Origin: Promethearchaeota archaeon
Lineage (GTDB): Archaea; Asgardarchaeota; Lokiarchaeia; Sigyniarchaeales; SOKP01
NCBI GenBank assembly: GCA_016840085.1
Contig: JAEOTA010000036.1
Coordinates: forward strand, 100,813 to 164,812
DNA: 64,000 bases
Reading direction: 5' to 3'
The translations under genes and the position numbers were made by a program. Under the pieces are notes generated by a model that was given only the letters and a program-made list of their open reading frames with translations, had not been told where the DNA came from and searched no databases. Below are positions 38,913-49,183 of the stretch, piece by piece. The stretch's first letter is position 1. The number at the start of each line of letters is the position of its first letter.

Positions 38913-39560
38913 ACGCAAAAAAAAAAAGAAAAGGATTATTGGAATAGACGATTTTCAACTGAAGGCACAATTTGGGGTAATAAACCTAGTAAAACAGCTA
39001 TTTATGCCTTAGAATTATTTAAAAGGTATAATATTCATTCAGTTTTAATCCCTGGTTCTGGATATGGGAGAAATTCAAAATTGTTTTCTGAAAATAATTT
39101 CAATGTGGTTGGTGTTGAGATCTCTGATATAGCTTTTGAGATGGCAAAAGAATTTGATCCAAAGACAAAATTTTTTAATGGTTCAGTTCTAGAAATGACT
39201 TTTACAGATGAAAAATATGACGCAATTTACTGTTTTAACACACTTCATTTATTTCTCAGAAAAGAACGTATTAAATTTCTTACTAAATGTTATAATCAGT
39301 TGCGAGAGAATGGATTTGTTTTTTTCACCATGTTTTCTGAAAAAGAAGCAAGCTTCGGAACTGGAAAAGAAATAGAGAATAATACATTCGAAAGTAAACC
39401 TGGTAGACCAACTCATTATTTTTCTAAAAGTGATTTAATTCAACATTTTAAAGATTATCTTATTATCAAGAAAGGAATTATGGAAGATCAAGAAACCCAT
39501 GGTGAAGTTGGCCCCCACATTCATAAATTAAGTTATATTTTTGCTCAAAAAAGAGTTTAA
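38913..39560 (+). CDS. Class I SAM-dependent methyltransferase, extended upstream of track ORF
   Basis: The frame of 39081 is open back to 38898 and encodes YWNRRF..IWGNKPS..VLIPGSGYGRNS (motif I). The best-placed start candidate is ACG at 38913, 6 nt after AAGGAG. Confidence 0.75.
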   Translation, partial: TQKKKEKDYWNRRFSTEGTIWGNKPSKTAIYALELFKRYNIHSVLIPGSGYGRNSKLFSENNFNVVGVEISDIAFEMAKEFDPKTKFFNGSVLEMTFTDEKYDAIYCFNTLHLFLRKERIKFLTKCYNQLRENGFVFFTMFSEKEASFGTGKEIENNTFESKPGRPTHYFSKSDLIQHFKDYLIIKKGIMEDQETHGEVGPHIHKLSYIFAQKRV

Positions 39561-39638
39561 ACAATTCAATTAATGAATAAGGACTTTTTTCTCCTTTCTT
39601 AAAAAGATAATAAAGAAAGTGAATAAGTCTTAAAATGC

Positions 39639-39983
39639 CTAGAGGTACGACGAAATACTCTCAAATTTAAGTTTATATATTTTTATCCAAGTATTAAATT
39701 CTTCTTCAGTTAATAAATGAAATTCAAACGGATGACTAAGTGGTAATCCCGCATTTACTTCAATTTTTGCGATTAATTCAGCTCTTTTTAAATGTTTTTT
39801 GGGGACATTCGAAATTATAAGTATGTCAATATCACTTCCAGCAACTAGATTGCCTTCAATTACACTTCCAAATAAATATGCTTTAGAATCGCTTAAAATA
39901 GTGTTAATACTTTTATTAATAATTTTCAAATATTTTTTGTAATTTTTAAGCATTTCATTCATCTCAATCATCATCTCTAACAA
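39639..39983 (-). CDS. Minimal nucleotidyltransferase (MNT) domain protein
   Basis: YLFGSVIEG....SDIDILI motif. Confidence 0.85.
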   Translation of the reverse strand: MLEMMIEMNEMLKNYKKYLKIINKSINTILSDSKAYLFGSVIEGNLVAGSDIDILIISNVPKKHLKRAELIAKIEVNAGLPLSHPFEFHLLTEEEFNTWIKIYKLKFESISSYL

Positions 39984-40069
39984 ATTCTTTGACCTTAATC
40001 AATATAATATTATTATGAGATCTATAATTTTTCGTGAAAGAGAGATTTCACGAAGATTTTATTCTATAG

Positions 40070-41113
40070 TTAGATACGAGATTTATATAATAAATTAGCA
40101 ATCGTTGAAAAAGCATAATCTACATTTTCTCCTAATAATGCTGAAGTTTCAATAAAACCTAATTTTAACTGACCTGCCAATTTATTTGCCATATCAGCCG
40201 TTATTTTTCTTAGATCAGTTAAATCTTTTTTATTTCCTATAATGAAGCCTATTAACTCTTCAGAGCGTTCTTTTAATTGGGCAAGCACGTCTGAGAACCA
40301 TTTAGGAATGTTATTATAACTTTCGGGCTTTGTCAAGTCGAAAATTAAAAAAACTGCATCAGAACCGCGATAAAATTGTTGTCTCATGGTTTGAAACTTT
40401 TCCTGACCACCTATATCCCATAATGTTAGTTGAACTATAGCATTTTCAATTTTAAAAATTTTACTACTTACATGTACTCCTATGGTGGGCACGTATGACC
40501 TTCTAAATGCATTGTTCGTATATCTTAATATCAATGAAGTTTTACCGACACTCGGATCCCCAACTATAATTATTTTAAATTGATAATCAATTAAATTCCG
40601 ATCTACCACTTGCTGATCAGGAAACTGTTCACCCTCAAATTGGGTCATTTCTTGAGTTTTTAATTCTTCTAGAAGACTAGAGATATTAGTTTCAAGTTCT
40701 TCTAATAAATGAACAAAATCTTCCCGAGTTGCTTCTGATTTTTCTAAATTTATAATTTTTTGAGAGATTTCATCAAAAGGGGCAGATATTTGATTCATAT
40801 ATTTATAAAAAATGACATCATCCATTTCTTCAAAAAATAATCCTATTGCGGATTGTCCTATATTTCCACGTCTTGATGAATCATCCCATTTGAGGTATTT
40901 GATCAATCCTTTTGATCTTAATGAAGGAAAAGGTAGAATTACTAAAGATTCTGGGACAAGGCCCTTTTCTCCCGTGAGAACAGTTAAAGTTTTTATGCTA
41001 ATATGAAGTAGATCCATTTGCGAAAACGTAGTTGGGAGCCATGCCACAGGATTTGGACCTATTTCGTCATTCATTTCAATATATATAACCCCTGTTATTA
41101 TTTTTTTCTGCAT
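40070..41113 (-). CDS. Rab-like GTPase with N-terminal uDENN/longin-like domain
   Basis: C-terminal GDPSVGKT, WDIGGQE, NKKD and ETSAL; N-terminal EMNDEIGPNP..LPFP domain. Confidence 0.88.
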   Translation of the reverse strand: MQKKIITGVIYIEMNDEIGPNPVAWLPTTFSQMDLLHISIKTLTVLTGEKGLVPESLVILPFPSLRSKGLIKYLKWDDSSRRGNIGQSAIGLFFEEMDDVIFYKYMNQISAPFDEISQKIINLEKSEATREDFVHLLEELETNISSLLEELKTQEMTQFEGEQFPDQQVVDRNLIDYQFKIIIVGDPSVGKTSLILRYTNNAFRRSYVPTIGVHVSSKIFKIENAIVQLTLWDIGGQEKFQTMRQQFYRGSDAVFLIFDLTKPESYNNIPKWFSDVLAQLKERSEELIGFIIGNKKDLTDLRKITADMANKLAGQLKLGFIETSALLGENVDYAFSTIANLLYKSRI

Positions 41114-41235
41114 AAAAATCCCTCTTAATGGTATAAATATTTGATAAACAGTAAAATTTTCGCTTTTATCTAATAATATAACACTTTGATATAAATAATG
41201 ATCGATAGGATAAAAAAAGAATTAAAAATAGAATT

Positions 41236-41940
41236 TTATAATCCAGAATACATAAGCCAGAAGCTACTTAAATACCCAATTCTAACTAGAATGATTAGAA
41301 ATCCTGGAATAGTTAACCCTTCTAACAACCCAAATATACAAAAACATATTGATCCTGCTGATAAGTAAAAGAATTTTTTACGTATTATCCCTGAGGATTG
41401 AAAAGCTTTGTATAAAAAACCAAAACCAAGAAAAATAAGAACCATCAATAGTAATCCGCCCATAATCATTCCAGCTAAAGTAAATAGATTTACGTTATAA
41501 TCAATAAGGTTAATGCTCGGAGCATCGGGTGGTTCTGGAACAAAATTAAAAGATTCTAAAGGTTGAATAAATATAATTATTTCAAATACTATAGAAATAA
41601 TTAAAATAATAATTACAATGTGTCGCTTTATTTTTGGAGTTAAAAGTTCTGCACCAATATACATCGAAATTATTATTACAGGGGCAAACCAAATATATGA
41701 TAAAATAGCAACAGTGCCGTTATTTGCCATATTCTCTCGAATCGTGAGAACAAATAGAAAATCAAGAAATACTCCTAAAAACATAAGGCCCGCGAGCATA
41801 TTAGCTAAACCTAAATAAGCAAGTAGTCTGGCGTTTGTTTTTTTTGCTCTATAGATAAAGAATAAACCAAATATTATACCAAAAACCACAACTCCGCTAG
41901 CGGTAATTCCATCGATCCAGCCATTTATATCTAGCGACAA
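41236..41940 (-). CDS. Multi-pass (about 7 TM) membrane protein
   Basis: Alternating hydrophobic segments along the whole ORF. Confidence 0.75.
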   Translation of the reverse strand: MSLDINGWIDGITASGVVVFGIIFGLFFIYRAKKTNARLLAYLGLANMLAGLMFLGVFLDFLFVLTIRENMANNGTVAILSYIWFAPVIIISMYIGAELLTPKIKRHIVIIILIISIVFEIIIFIQPLESFNFVPEPPDAPSINLIDYNVNLFTLAGMIMGGLLLMVLIFLGFGFLYKAFQSSGIIRKKFFYLSAGSICFCIFGLLEGLTIPGFLIILVRIGYLSSFWLMYSGL

Positions 41941-42038
41941 ATCTAAATCTCACCAAATTCTATCCTTTTATTCATTGGAAAAAGAATTAATTATTAATAT
42001 ATTATATGATTTTACAGTTTAATAAATAATTGGTTTAA

Positions 42039-42112
42039 TGGGAAAGGGGGGATTTGAACCCCCGACCTCTTGGTCCCGGACCAAGAATCATACCAATCTA
42101 GACTACCTTCCC
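42039..42112 (-). tRNA. tRNA-Pro(CGG), intronless, no encoded CCA
   Basis: Acceptor stem GGGAAGG/CUUUCCC with discriminator A; anticodon arm CUUGG-UCCGGGA-CCAAG; T arm GGGGG-UUCAAAU-CCCCC. Confidence 0.93.
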
Positions 42113-42213
42113 TCCTTAATTAATACATGAATTAAAGTAATTTACATGAGAAATTGTTATTACTCTATAGAATTCTTAAAAATGGAATATTTAAGAATTA
42201 TGAAAATTAAGGT

Positions 42214-42489
42214 TTAATCTTTAACCTTTTCTAATATTGAGATAATTCGGTAAACTGTTGTGCGCGCATGAAAGGGGATATTTGCGTCTTGAGCAAGATC
42301 GTCAACCATATACATCACATTACTGGCAAGCACACCTGGTGTTTCATCTTCCCGATTTAACTCGTTAATACATCTTTGAGCTATTCTTTTTATATTTCGG
42401 GGGACACTACGATCACTTAACATACCATTTAAAAGGTTTTCAATGCTTTCAAAAGCTTTTTTCAATTCTTCAGGAGTCACTTTAGGCAT
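42214..42489 (-). CDS. UPF0147 family protein
   Basis: DRSVPRNIKRIA and DANIPFHARTTVYRIISILE motifs. Confidence 0.9.
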   Translation of the reverse strand: MPKVTPEELKKAFESIENLLNGMLSDRSVPRNIKRIAQRCINELNREDETPGVLASNVMYMVDDLAQDANIPFHARTTVYRIISILEKVKD

Positions 42490-42583
42490 GAAGAAACCAC
42501 CAAAAAAAGTATTTATGATAGGTAATGAAAATATAAAGTGTAATATTACTTAAAATATATTTTTTTTTATTTGACATAAAAAT

Positions 42584-45502
42584 CTAATATATACCAAATT
42601 CACGTATATCTCGTTTCAATCGAGGTATTTTTCCACCAATATCTTTTATTTGATTTTGATATTTTGTAAAGAAACTTATAAAATCGTCAATTTTTCCTTG
42701 ATCTATTCTAGAAACGAAATCAAATGCTATTTTTTCGATATCATTAAACTTTTCATCATATTCTTTTGTTTTTTCAATTAATTTAAGATCTACAGATTTA
42801 CCTTGTTTTCGAACCATATTTCGAAGTTTACCTCGTGGAACTCTTACATTTTCAATTAATTTGTCACATTCATTAAGGAATTCATACGATTTTTCCTTGT
42901 ATTTTTCTTCTAGTTTCGCCTCAATCGCCTCGGTTCTCCAAGTATTTATACGACCTCGGGCAAAAGTATCAAAATTAAGAGATAATGAATCAATACTTTC
43001 TCTTACTAAGAATCGAAGGAAATCGGGGTCATCACTTGGAGCTTGTCCACATATCCCTACTTTTCTCCCAAATTCATGAGCTGTTTTAATTAAATGGCTG
43101 ACAGATCTTCTTATTGCTACACTATTTGTATTATAATTGTATCTATTCATTAATGGAATCATCTTTTCATTGTCCCGTCCTACACCATACGTAAGTTGGG
43201 TCAGGTCGTTTGAACCAATGCTGAAACCATCAAAAAATTGACTGAAAATATCAGCACAAATAATATTTGATGGAATCTCTGCCATAACATATACCTTAAG
43301 TCCATCCTGACCTCTTATTAATCCTTCACTTTCCATAATATTCATTATTTTTTGGGCTTCTTCTGGACTTCTACAAAAGGGTAGCATTGGGATTATATTT
43401 TTCAAACCCCAATCTCGGGCTTTTTTAATTGCTCTTAATTCTAACATAAACGCATTCTGAAATTCATCGTGCACATAACGCGAACAACCTCTAAATCCGA
43501 GCATTGGGTTATTTTCTTCTCCTTCATAAATCCAACCCCCAAAAAGATTTGCATATTCGTTAGTTTTAAAATCTGAAAGTCTTACTACACATTCAGCAAG
43601 ACTTCCATCAGGCAAAGTTTTCCATACTCCAGCAGCAATAGTTGCAATTCCTTCTGCTAATTTTTCAACATAAAATTCTTCTTTATCGTCATAACCAACT
43701 GTGAGATTTCTGATTTTATCTAATGTTTGCTTTAACTGAAAAATTTCTTGATTAAAAGGATCTTTATGGTATAAATCGCTTTTTTTAATAGTTTCGATCT
43801 TATTTCTTTGATCTAATAGAATATCATATCTCATTACTAAAGCTTCGAAATCTATTAATGCATTTGGGTGAATTTGGATCTCATCATTAATTATAAATTC
43901 TAATCTTGCTAAACCAGTTCCATCTGGATGTTTTCCAGAAGATAATGCTCCTTTTGGAATTCCTAAATTTACTAATACCTTGGTCTTTGTACTAGGTAGT
44001 TTAGCAAATTCGATCGTATCAAAATCATACTCTACATCTTTTAACCATATTCTTGGTTCACCTGTACTGCAATCAATAGTAACATACTCAATATCTTCAC
44101 GTTGTTTTTCTTTCATTATTTGTACTATATTATCCGCGCCAACAATAGAAGCGATATTTAATTCTCTTGAAACTATAGCAGCATGACACGTTGGTCCACC
44201 TCTTTCAGTAATTACACCTCCTAAGTTTTGCATATAAGAAGTCCAATCAGGGTTAGTCTCTTCTGTAATAAGAATGTCACCCTCCCTCAATAGATAAGCA
44301 TTGTTGATAGATTCTATTATTTTTACTTTTCCAAACCCAATTCTTCTTCCTATAGCAATACCTGAATTTTCAATTAATATACCTTTTTCAATTAATTCTT
44401 CAGGGTCTTCAAGAAGATAGAAGATTTCTTCAACATCTCCTTTAATACTATGAACAGTTTCAGGGCGGGCTTGAACAATATACACTTTCCCATTATTACC
44501 AACAGCCCATTCGATATCCATTCTTCTGCCGTAATGATCTCTGATTTTTTGGGCATATTCAGCTAAAGTATAGACTTCATTTTCTGTAAGACAATATTGC
44601 ATCTGTTTTTCTTGTGGTAGAGAAACTACTTCGGTGCCAATTTTTTCCATTCCTTTAGAAAAAACCATCATTTTTTCTTTTTTCACAAGTTCACGACGAA
44701 TTATTCTCAGCTGTTTTGGGTCATGTTTAAAAACAATGAACTCATCTCCTTTTTCGATCCCTTGAACTATTAATTCTCCCAAACCCCAAGTTCCTCTGAT
44801 AACCACAACATTTGGATTTCCTGAATCAGGATCTTCTGTGAACATAACACCAGAAGATTTAACGCCCTCTAATCCTCCCGCCATTTCTTGGATTCCTACT
44901 GAAAGTTTCACAGCAAAATGATCAAAACCTGCTCTTTCACGGTACATTGTTGCTCTTGTGGTAAACACAGATGCCATATCCTTTAAAATATATTCTAAAA
45001 TCTCTTTCTCACCAGATATATTTAAATGCGTATCCTGTTGTCCCGCAAATGACGCATCAGGTAGATCTTCTGCTGTTGCTGAGCTTCTCACAGCAAATGT
45101 GGATTCTTCTCCAATCATTTCAATTAATTTGGTATATGCATCTATGATCTCATCTGCTAAGGAATCAGGGATTTTTGATTGCTCAATAACATATCGTATA
45201 TTTGCGCAGATTTTGTCAACTTTCTCTACAGCTTTAATATTTTCTGATTTCAACTCATTAGAAATATTCTTAATATCTCTAGCTATCAATTCTCGAAGAG
45301 AAACTTCCTTCTCTTTAATAGTGTAGAAATTACTATCTAAAACATAATCAAAAGCTTTTGAAGTTACTGCAAAACCAAAAGGAACAGAAATCCCAAAACT
45401 TAATAATTCTCCAAGGGATGCGTTCTTACCCCCAACAAGAGGGACATCACTCACTCGAACATCTTGAAAGAACTTTATGTATTTAAAATCATTCATTTTC
45501 AA
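42584..45502 (-). CDS. ppsA: Phosphoenolpyruvate synthase with C-terminal helical extension
   Basis: VGGKNASLGE, AVRSSATAEDLPDASFAGQQDT, GGPTCHAAIVSRE, FSIGSNDLTQL and GICGQAPSD motifs. Confidence 0.95.
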   Translation of the reverse strand: MKMNDFKYIKFFQDVRVSDVPLVGGKNASLGELLSFGISVPFGFAVTSKAFDYVLDSNFYTIKEKEVSLRELIARDIKNISNELKSENIKAVEKVDKICANIRYVIEQSKIPDSLADEIIDAYTKLIEMIGEESTFAVRSSATAEDLPDASFAGQQDTHLNISGEKEILEYILKDMASVFTTRATMYRERAGFDHFAVKLSVGIQEMAGGLEGVKSSGVMFTEDPDSGNPNVVVIRGTWGLGELIVQGIEKGDEFIVFKHDPKQLRIIRRELVKKEKMMVFSKGMEKIGTEVVSLPQEKQMQYCLTENEVYTLAEYAQKIRDHYGRRMDIEWAVGNNGKVYIVQARPETVHSIKGDVEEIFYLLEDPEELIEKGILIENSGIAIGRRIGFGKVKIIESINNAYLLREGDILITEETNPDWTSYMQNLGGVITERGGPTCHAAIVSRELNIASIVGADNIVQIMKEKQREDIEYVTIDCSTGEPRIWLKDVEYDFDTIEFAKLPSTKTKVLVNLGIPKGALSSGKHPDGTGLARLEFIINDEIQIHPNALIDFEALVMRYDILLDQRNKIETIKKSDLYHKDPFNQEIFQLKQTLDKIRNLTVGYDDKEEFYVEKLAEGIATIAAGVWKTLPDGSLAECVVRLSDFKTNEYANLFGGWIYEGEENNPMLGFRGCSRYVHDEFQNAFMLELRAIKKARDWGLKNIIPMLPFCRSPEEAQKIMNIMESEGLIRGQDGLKVYVMAEIPSNIICADIFSQFFDGFSIGSNDLTQLTYGVGRDNEKMIPLMNRYNYNTNSVAIRRSVSHLIKTAHEFGRKVGICGQAPSDDPDFLRFLVRESIDSLSLNFDTFARGRINTWRTEAIEAKLEEKYKEKSYEFLNECDKLIENVRVPRGKLRNMVRKQGKSVDLKLIEKTKEYDEKFNDIEKIAFDFVSRIDQGKIDDFISFFTKYQNQIKDIGGKIPRLKRDIREFGIY

Positions 45503-45606
45503 GAGAACCCCTTAAATATACCTTATATTGAGAATTTCTCTAAATAATAATTCTTCTTCTAATTATAAATTAAACGTTAATAAAAAAATTAACGTCAAAA
45601 AAAAAA

Positions 45607-46125
45607 TTATTTTAATTCCTTCTCAAAAACTTCATAATCTGAAGCAGTGTAAAGACAAAAAACGACTTCTTCAATTTGCGTATTACTACTTAAATATTCT
45701 TTTACCGTGGAAATCATTAATTTTGCACATCTATCTATGGGATACCCAAATATTCCTGTAGATATTGCAGGAAATGCTATTGTCTTTAAATTGTTCTCAT
45801 CCATTAATTTAAGACTATTTAACGTAGCTTTCTTTAATTTTTTATCCTCATTCCCTTCTCCCCTTCTTGGCCCTACTGCATGAATCACGTAATTAGCTTT
45901 TAAGTTTCCTCCCGTTGTAATCACAGCTCCACCAACAAATGTGCTACCAATCTTGTCACATTCTTCTTGGATACTTGGGCCTCCCTTCCTTCGAATTGCC
46001 CCAGCAACCCCCCCACCTAATTTTAATTGAGCATTAGCGGCATTAACAATAACTTCAGTAGTTATTTCAGTAATATCGCCTTGAGTTAATATAATCTTTG
46101 AACTTTTTATAACTAACTCTTTCAT
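45607..46125 (-). CDS. Macro domain (O-acetyl-ADP-ribose deacetylase-like) protein
   Basis: GDIT, IVNAAN, GGGVAGAI, VIHAVGP and AFPAISTGIFGYP motifs. Confidence 0.93.
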   Translation of the reverse strand: MKELVIKSSKIILTQGDITEITTEVIVNAANAQLKLGGGVAGAIRRKGGPSIQEECDKIGSTFVGGAVITTGGNLKANYVIHAVGPRRGEGNEDKKLKKATLNSLKLMDENNLKTIAFPAISTGIFGYPIDRCAKLMISTVKEYLSSNTQIEEVVFCLYTASDYEVFEKELK

Positions 46126-46150
46126 AAATTCCCTCTATTTGATTAAATTA

Positions 46151-46894
46151 TTATGAAGATTCCTCTTCTCGACTTTTCTTAAAAATTTCATCGAGTCTTT
46201 GCCTGTCTTCATCGGACATTTTATTCATCGCTTCTAAATTTTGCCTCATTAAATCCATCATTATATTCTGTGAAATTATCTGATTTAAAACTGGTAAGCC
46301 AATTCTCATTCTTGTTAATTCATAGTACATTGTTTTTGCTGTTTCTCTCATCTCCATTAATTCTTCTTTAGTCATTCCTTCTTCGCCTATCCCTGGACAA
46401 TCAGCATCGACAACTATAAAATTCTTTCCATCAAACTCCAATGGATATGTGCGGCAACTAAGAGGCCGATTATCATAAATTAAACACCTTTTATCATCCT
46501 TATTATACAACGGGCATTTAACATTTAGTAATTCTTCAAGAGGTACACTTTTCAACGGGTCACCAGGCGTTTTATCTTCTTCTCCCTCTTCTGGCGGAGG
46601 AGGTAAAGGTTTTAAAATTAAATCAATCCTCCCATCTGGCTTATTATATATATTCAAATATGGCATAAAGTTTGCAACCACACCATTTCGAGCCCATAAT
46701 TCTAAATCCCACAATGTGATAGGAATTGGTCCCCTCGTAGAACAACAGTTATCACAGCGAGTACATTTGAAAGTAAATTTAGCTTTAGGTTTTTCTTCAG
46801 GCGTTTTTTCTTCTACAACTTTTTTGTCAGACTCGTCATCTTTAATTTTTTCATTTTCATTTTGTTTCTCGTTTTCTTGATTATTTTCTGACAT
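46151..46894 (-). CDS. YkgJ-family CxxCxxCC cysteine-cluster protein
   Basis: FKCTRCDNCC, CPLY...CLIYDNRPLSCRTYP and CPGIG motifs. Confidence 0.88.
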   Translation of the reverse strand: MSENNQENEKQNENEKIKDDESDKKVVEEKTPEEKPKAKFTFKCTRCDNCCSTRGPIPITLWDLELWARNGVVANFMPYLNIYNKPDGRIDLILKPLPPPPEEGEEDKTPGDPLKSVPLEELLNVKCPLYNKDDKRCLIYDNRPLSCRTYPLEFDGKNFIVVDADCPGIGEEGMTKEELMEMRETAKTMYYELTRMRIGLPVLNQIISQNIMMDLMRQNLEAMNKMSDEDRQRLDEIFKKSREEESS

Positions 46895-47125
46895 TTACTC
46901 TAAACCTTTACATTATTAATTTTAATGTTCAAATAAGATTATCAACAAATTGAATTTATACTAAGTAAAAAATTTTATTTTTTAATTTCATAATAATAAG
47001 CTTATTCACAATAAAAATTATATTAAAATATAATAAACAAAGATTAACATTAAATAGAATTAAGATTTAACCTTTCTATTAAAGACTCATTATTTTTTAA
47101 TAAAAACCTATACTTGAAATAAATT

Positions 47126-47377
47126 ATGGAGCAGTTTTTAGTAAAAAAGTTAATTATCTGGATATTATTAACAATTAATTTATTATTCGCTTTTGTTATT
47201 GGCTTTACTATTCCAATATTGGAATCTGAAAGTAGAAATAATCTTGGCTTTGTGATGATTCCACTACTCATAATTCTTAATTACATAATAATTGATAGAT
47301 TTCACTATTATATAACACACAAAAGTAGCAAAGAGGAAAATACTGATGCAAATAATAAAAAAGCTAAGAGAAATTAA
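47126..47377 (+). CDS. Small 2-TM membrane protein overlapping the archaeosortase start
   Basis: Two hydrophobic helices; overlaps the next gene by 32 nt. Confidence 0.6.
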   Translation: MEQFLVKKLIIWILLTINLLFAFVIGFTIPILESESRNNLGFVMIPLLIILNYIIIDRFHYYITHKSSKEENTDANNKKAKRN

Positions 47378-48227
47378 AAAACCAGTCATTGAATTTGAAA
47401 ATAAAAAATATATTTTTTCAATTCGATCAATAATTTTATTGGCTATTGGAGCACCTGTTTCGGCGTATCTTATTTATCTATTCTTTGATTGGAACGCTAA
47501 TTACTGGCTACACGAATGTGTAGTAAAGCAAACAATTTATTTTTTGAATTTATTTTTTAATATGGACGCAGAAGCTCAATATGCTCCAAGTGGAAAGTAT
47601 TATTGGAGATTCGTTATACCTGGAAAGGAAGCAATTTCTTTTGAAACATTTTGTACAGGGGTACAAGCTATTTGTATCTTCGCAGGGATTATCATTTTTA
47701 CACCTCATAGCCAAGATTCAGCAACAAAAAAAGATATTATATGGCGAAAAACAAAATCGCTAATAGTGTCCTCAGTAATCTTTTATGTTGTAAATATAAT
47801 CCGGATGATTATTCAAATTGATTTATATTATATTGGCTATGCCTGGGAAGACATTCATTTCTCTATAAGCGCAGCAAGTTCTTTCATTGCGGCTATAATC
47901 GTTCTTTTAATGCACCGAACTATTCCTGAATTTATCATTTCTATAATCTATGTAGGGACATTGATAAGCGAACCAATAAAGCAAAAAAGAAAAGAAACAA
48001 TAAAAAACACTGTGAAAACTACGAATAAAGTTGAACTAAAATTAATGCGACCAATTTTAAGAATGGAAAAGAAAGGATTTTATAAGAAAATTTCTGAATG
48101 GGCAGAGAGTTTTGGTTATACAATTGAAGGAGAGAATTTAGTGATCCCAAAAATTAAAGTTTCAGATTTTATAGAATTACTCATGAGGGATAAACCCTTT
48201 ACCACAAAAAATAATTTAAAAAATTAA
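47346..48227 (+). CDS. Archaeosortase/exosortase-family protein
   Basis: Multi-TM protein with FETFCTGVQA (catalytic Cys), VNIIRM (Arg) and WEDIH (His). Confidence 0.85.
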   Translation: MQIIKKLREIKKPVIEFENKKYIFSIRSIILLAIGAPVSAYLIYLFFDWNANYWLHECVVKQTIYFLNLFFNMDAEAQYAPSGKYYWRFVIPGKEAISFETFCTGVQAICIFAGIIIFTPHSQDSATKKDIIWRKTKSLIVSSVIFYVVNIIRMIIQIDLYYIGYAWEDIHFSISAASSFIAAIIVLLMHRTIPEFIISIIYVGTLISEPIKQKRKETIKNTVKTTNKVELKLMRPILRMEKKGFYKKISEWAESFGYTIEGENLVIPKIKVSDFIELLMRDKPFTTKNNLKN

Positions 48228-48280
48228 TATACCACTTTTTTATATAATGCCTATATAAAAAAATTAGGATTTAATGAGAT

Positions 48281-49183
48281 ATGGTGAATTTTGAAACTGA
48301 ACAAAAAATTGTTCAAATTGGAAAGGTAAAGTTAGGTGGGCAACCTGGTGAGAATCCGATTGTATTAATTGGTACTGTTTTTTATGCAAAACATGCAGCA
48401 CTATTAAATGAAAAAACCGGAGAAATCGATAAAAAACTTACAGAGCAGGAATTGAATAATTTCACAGAAATTATCGAAGATACAAGACTGCAAGGGATAA
48501 TTGATGTGATAGGCTCATATCCAGATGCACTAATAAATCAGTGTGAATTCATCGCCGATAACGTGGAGTACCCTTTTTTAGTTGATGGATTGAATGATTC
48601 CTCTCGAATTCCTGCAATGGAAGGATTACATGAAATAGGATTATTAGACAGAGCCATACTAAACAGTATTGATGAGAATACAAATGATGAGAGTTTAGAA
48701 AAATTAAAAGAAATTGGTGTTAAAAATGCTGTTTTATTAACATTTGGAAATAGATATATATTTCCAAAAAGTAAGTTAAAATTCTTAGAAGAGATACTAA
48801 TTCCAAAAGTTAAAAAGGCAAATATCGACAATTATATGGTTGATACAGCTGTATTAGATTTACCTTCCATTTCAATAAACTTTGAAACCACAAGGTTAGT
48901 TAAAAATAAATTTGGAATACCTAGCGGATTTGCGCCTGCTAATGCTATTTATGGATGGAGTTTTGTAAAAAAATTTGGTGAGAATGCTCGATGTGGAGCA
49001 GTTGCTTCAATAATGACATATTGTGCTTCCGCTCCTAGTGATTTTATTTTATTTGGTCCAATTAAGTTCGTTAACTGTGTAGCACCTGCAATTTCTTTAA
49101 TATCTGGGGTGAATTCTTATTATCGAAAAAGAGTATTAAGAAAAGAAATATCAGAATCTAATCCATTAAAAGTTATTTTTTAA
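48281..49183 (+). CDS. mtrH: Tetrahydromethanopterin S-methyltransferase subunit H-like pterin methyltransferase
   Basis: FETEQKIVQIGKVKLGGQPGENP, PFLVD, RAILNSI, VDTAV and DFILFGPI motifs. No other mtr genes are nearby. Confidence 0.88.
   Translation: MVNFETEQKIVQIGKVKLGGQPGENPIVLIGTVFYAKHAALLNEKTGEIDKKLTEQELNNFTEIIEDTRLQGIIDVIGSYPDALINQCEFIADNVEYPFLVDGLNDSSRIPAMEGLHEIGLLDRAILNSIDENTNDESLEKLKEIGVKNAVLLTFGNRYIFPKSKLKFLEEILIPKVKKANIDNYMVDTAVLDLPSISINFETTRLVKNKFGIPSGFAPANAIYGWSFVKKFGENARCGAVASIMTYCASAPSDFILFGPIKFVNCVAPAISLISGVNSYYRKRVLRKEISESNPLKVIF

Noticed and set aside
47126-47377. Second intron or frameshift joining the small ORF to the archaeosortase
   Set aside because: The sortase has its own ATG and I could find no BHB-like pairing at the overlap.
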